A DNA stretch of 32,000 nucleotides, taken from NCBI RefSeq assembly GCF_000284115.1, contig NC_017080.1, forward strand, positions 780,001 through 812,000, written 5' to 3'. The DNA is from Phycisphaera mikurensis NBRC 102666 (GTDB lineage: Bacteria > Planctomycetota > Phycisphaerae > Phycisphaerales > Phycisphaeraceae). Under the pieces are notes generated by a model that had not been told where the DNA came from, made no database searches, and was given only the letters and a program-made list of their open reading frames with translations. Both the position numbers and the translations under genes were made by a program. Within the stretch, counting starts at the first letter, position 1; each line of letters opens with the position of its first letter. Of the stretch, positions 30,815 to 32,000 are shown piece by piece.

Positions 30815-32000
30815 ATGCGACGGCGAAACCCTCCATCACCGCCTTGGGCGGCGGCCGCGGCGGCGGTGGCCGGCGTGCTCGCGGTGGCGGGGGTCCTGCT
30901 CCGGGACCGCTTGGCGGAGCCCGGCGGCGCGGCGTTTTTCGGGGGCCTCGCGGCAACCGGGCTCGCGTTGCTGATCCCCGGCGTGCTGCTGGCGCCGCGC
31001 CGGCCCGCGGCGGGTCGCCTCCGGCGGGGCATGGCCCGCCTGTCGGACTTCTGGCTCGTGGCGGTGCCCGGCCTGCTGGTGCTGCACCTGCACCTGCTCG
31101 CCGTGACGGGGCGGCCGACCTGGTTCTACGCGTGGCTCCTCGTGGACCGCACCGCCCACGCCTGGGCGGGCCCGGAAGGCCTCACGCCCAACCTCGGGCT
31201 CTTCCTGCCGGTCGCCGCGTCGATGGGGCTGGCGATGGTCGCGGTCCGGCTCGCGGTGGGGCGGCTGCGGGGGCGCCGCCTGCCGGGCCGGGTGTACGCC
31301 TTGCTGCTGGCGGGCGGCGCCGCGGTGGCGTTGCACCCCGCCGGCTGGGCTTCGGCTCCCGGCGGGAGCCCCGGCGGCTGGGAGCGGGCGCTGCCGGAGG
31401 TGACCGGGCCCACGGGGGAGGCCACGCGGGACACCGTGCTGATCGTGCTCGAGTCGCTGCGGGCGGACGTGCTCGAGCCCCGAACGATGCCCCGCGCGTC
31501 GGCGCTGGCCGAGGGCGGCCTGGTGCTCGGGCGGCACCACGCCGGGGCGAACAGCTCGCTGCTCGGGCTGCACGGCCTGCTCACCGGCCGCCCGGCGGCA
31601 CACGCCGAGGCCGACCTCGCCGCCGGCGTGATGCCGCCGCTGCTCGCCGCCGCGCGCCGAGCGGGTTACCGCACCGCGTGGTTCGACGGCGGCCACGAGG
31701 CGGCGGGAGCGGGCGGCTTCGGCCGGCTCGCCGGCCCGGCGTTCTTCGACCGCCACCACGCCGGCGCGAACGACGACTGGGCCGCGGGCGACGCCTGGGC
31801 GCTCGACCGCCTCGCCGACACCCTGGCCGAGCCAAACCGCCCGCCGGTGTTCGCCGTCGTCTTCCTCGTGGCCACGCATTTCAACTACCCGCCACCGCCG
31901 GCCGACGAACGCCGCTTCGCGCCCGCCGCCGGCGACGGCGGCCTGCTCGTGCCGCGGCCGCCGACCGGTCCCTTCCGCACGCCGGTCGTCAACCGGTACC
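30815..32000 (+). CDS. Membrane protein with a sulfatase-like (alkaline-phosphatase superfamily) domain; partial, runs off the right edge
   Basis: Absent from the track because it has no in-window stop. From ATG 30815 the translation is MRRRNPPSPPWAAAAAAVAGVLAVAGVLL..., with several hydrophobic helices. It continues DTVLIVLESLRADVL and HHAGANSSLLGLHGLLTG, like LTA-synthase or phosphoethanolamine-transferase catalytic domains. Confidence 0.55.
   Translation, partial: MRRRNPPSPPWAAAAAAVAGVLAVAGVLLRDRLAEPGGAAFFGGLAATGLALLIPGVLLAPRRPAAGRLRRGMARLSDFWLVAVPGLLVLHLHLLAVTGRPTWFYAWLLVDRTAHAWAGPEGLTPNLGLFLPVAASMGLAMVAVRLAVGRLRGRRLPGRVYALLLAGGAAVALHPAGWASAPGGSPGGWERALPEVTGPTGEATRDTVLIVLESLRADVLEPRTMPRASALAEGGLVLGRHHAGANSSLLGLHGLLTGRPAAHAEADLAAGVMPPLLAAARRAGYRTAWFDGGHEAAGAGGFGRLAGPAFFDRHHAGANDDWAAGDAWALDRLADTLAEPNRPPVFAVVFLVATHFNYPPPPADERRFAPAAGDGGLLVPRPPTGPFRTPVVNRY

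Noticed and set aside
1-32000. tRNA, rRNA, tmRNA or RNase P genes in the intergenic gaps
   Set aside because: No T-loop (GGTTCGAATCC-like) or acceptor-stem pattern, and no rRNA-like conserved block, was seen in any gap. This is a by-eye judgement only.

Overview
Very GC-rich window; GC was judged by eye, not computed. Most long ORFs in the six-frame track are Arg/Pro/Ala/Gly-rich artefacts on the wrong frame or strand. Prepilin-leader/H-X9-DG proteins and PEP-CTERM proteins suggest a Planctomycetota (Phycisphaerae-like) genome; that is inference. I support about 30 real genes. Housekeeping: trmD, rpsP, hisS, lpxD-skp-bamA, a leuD-like gene and murB. Accessory: the N-terminal 435 aa of a Cas3 at the left edge (absent from the ORF track), PhyH-type dioxygenase, AraC regulator, a sucrose-phosphate synthase/phosphatase pair, HNH endonuclease, alpha/beta hydrolase, two sulfatase-superfamily genes and a BNR lipoprotein. 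The most interesting region is 12.77-18.55 kb. It holds two head-to-tail copies of one cassette: Fur-family regulator, small His/Cys-rich membrane protein, prepilin-leader H-X9-DG protein, then PEP-CTERM protein(s). The downstream copy is intact. The upstream copy keeps the promoter block and an AT-rich Fur/Zur-box-like palindrome, but its regulator and small protein have decayed. A third copy of the core pair (small Cys-rich protein + H-X9-DG protein) lies on the minus strand (27.85-29.11 kb) between a sulfatase and a BNR lipoprotein. I read this as a candidate metal-responsive envelope system that would give DUF1559/H-X9-DG proteins a functional context. Other unexplained structure: a tandem pair of ~171-bp long-hairpin elements between the sucrose genes, a 155-bp element bounded by 18-bp perfect inverted repeats, and a recurring GCCGCGGAC(C)G hairpin placed right after stop codons. 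No rRNA, tRNA or CRISPR array was seen.
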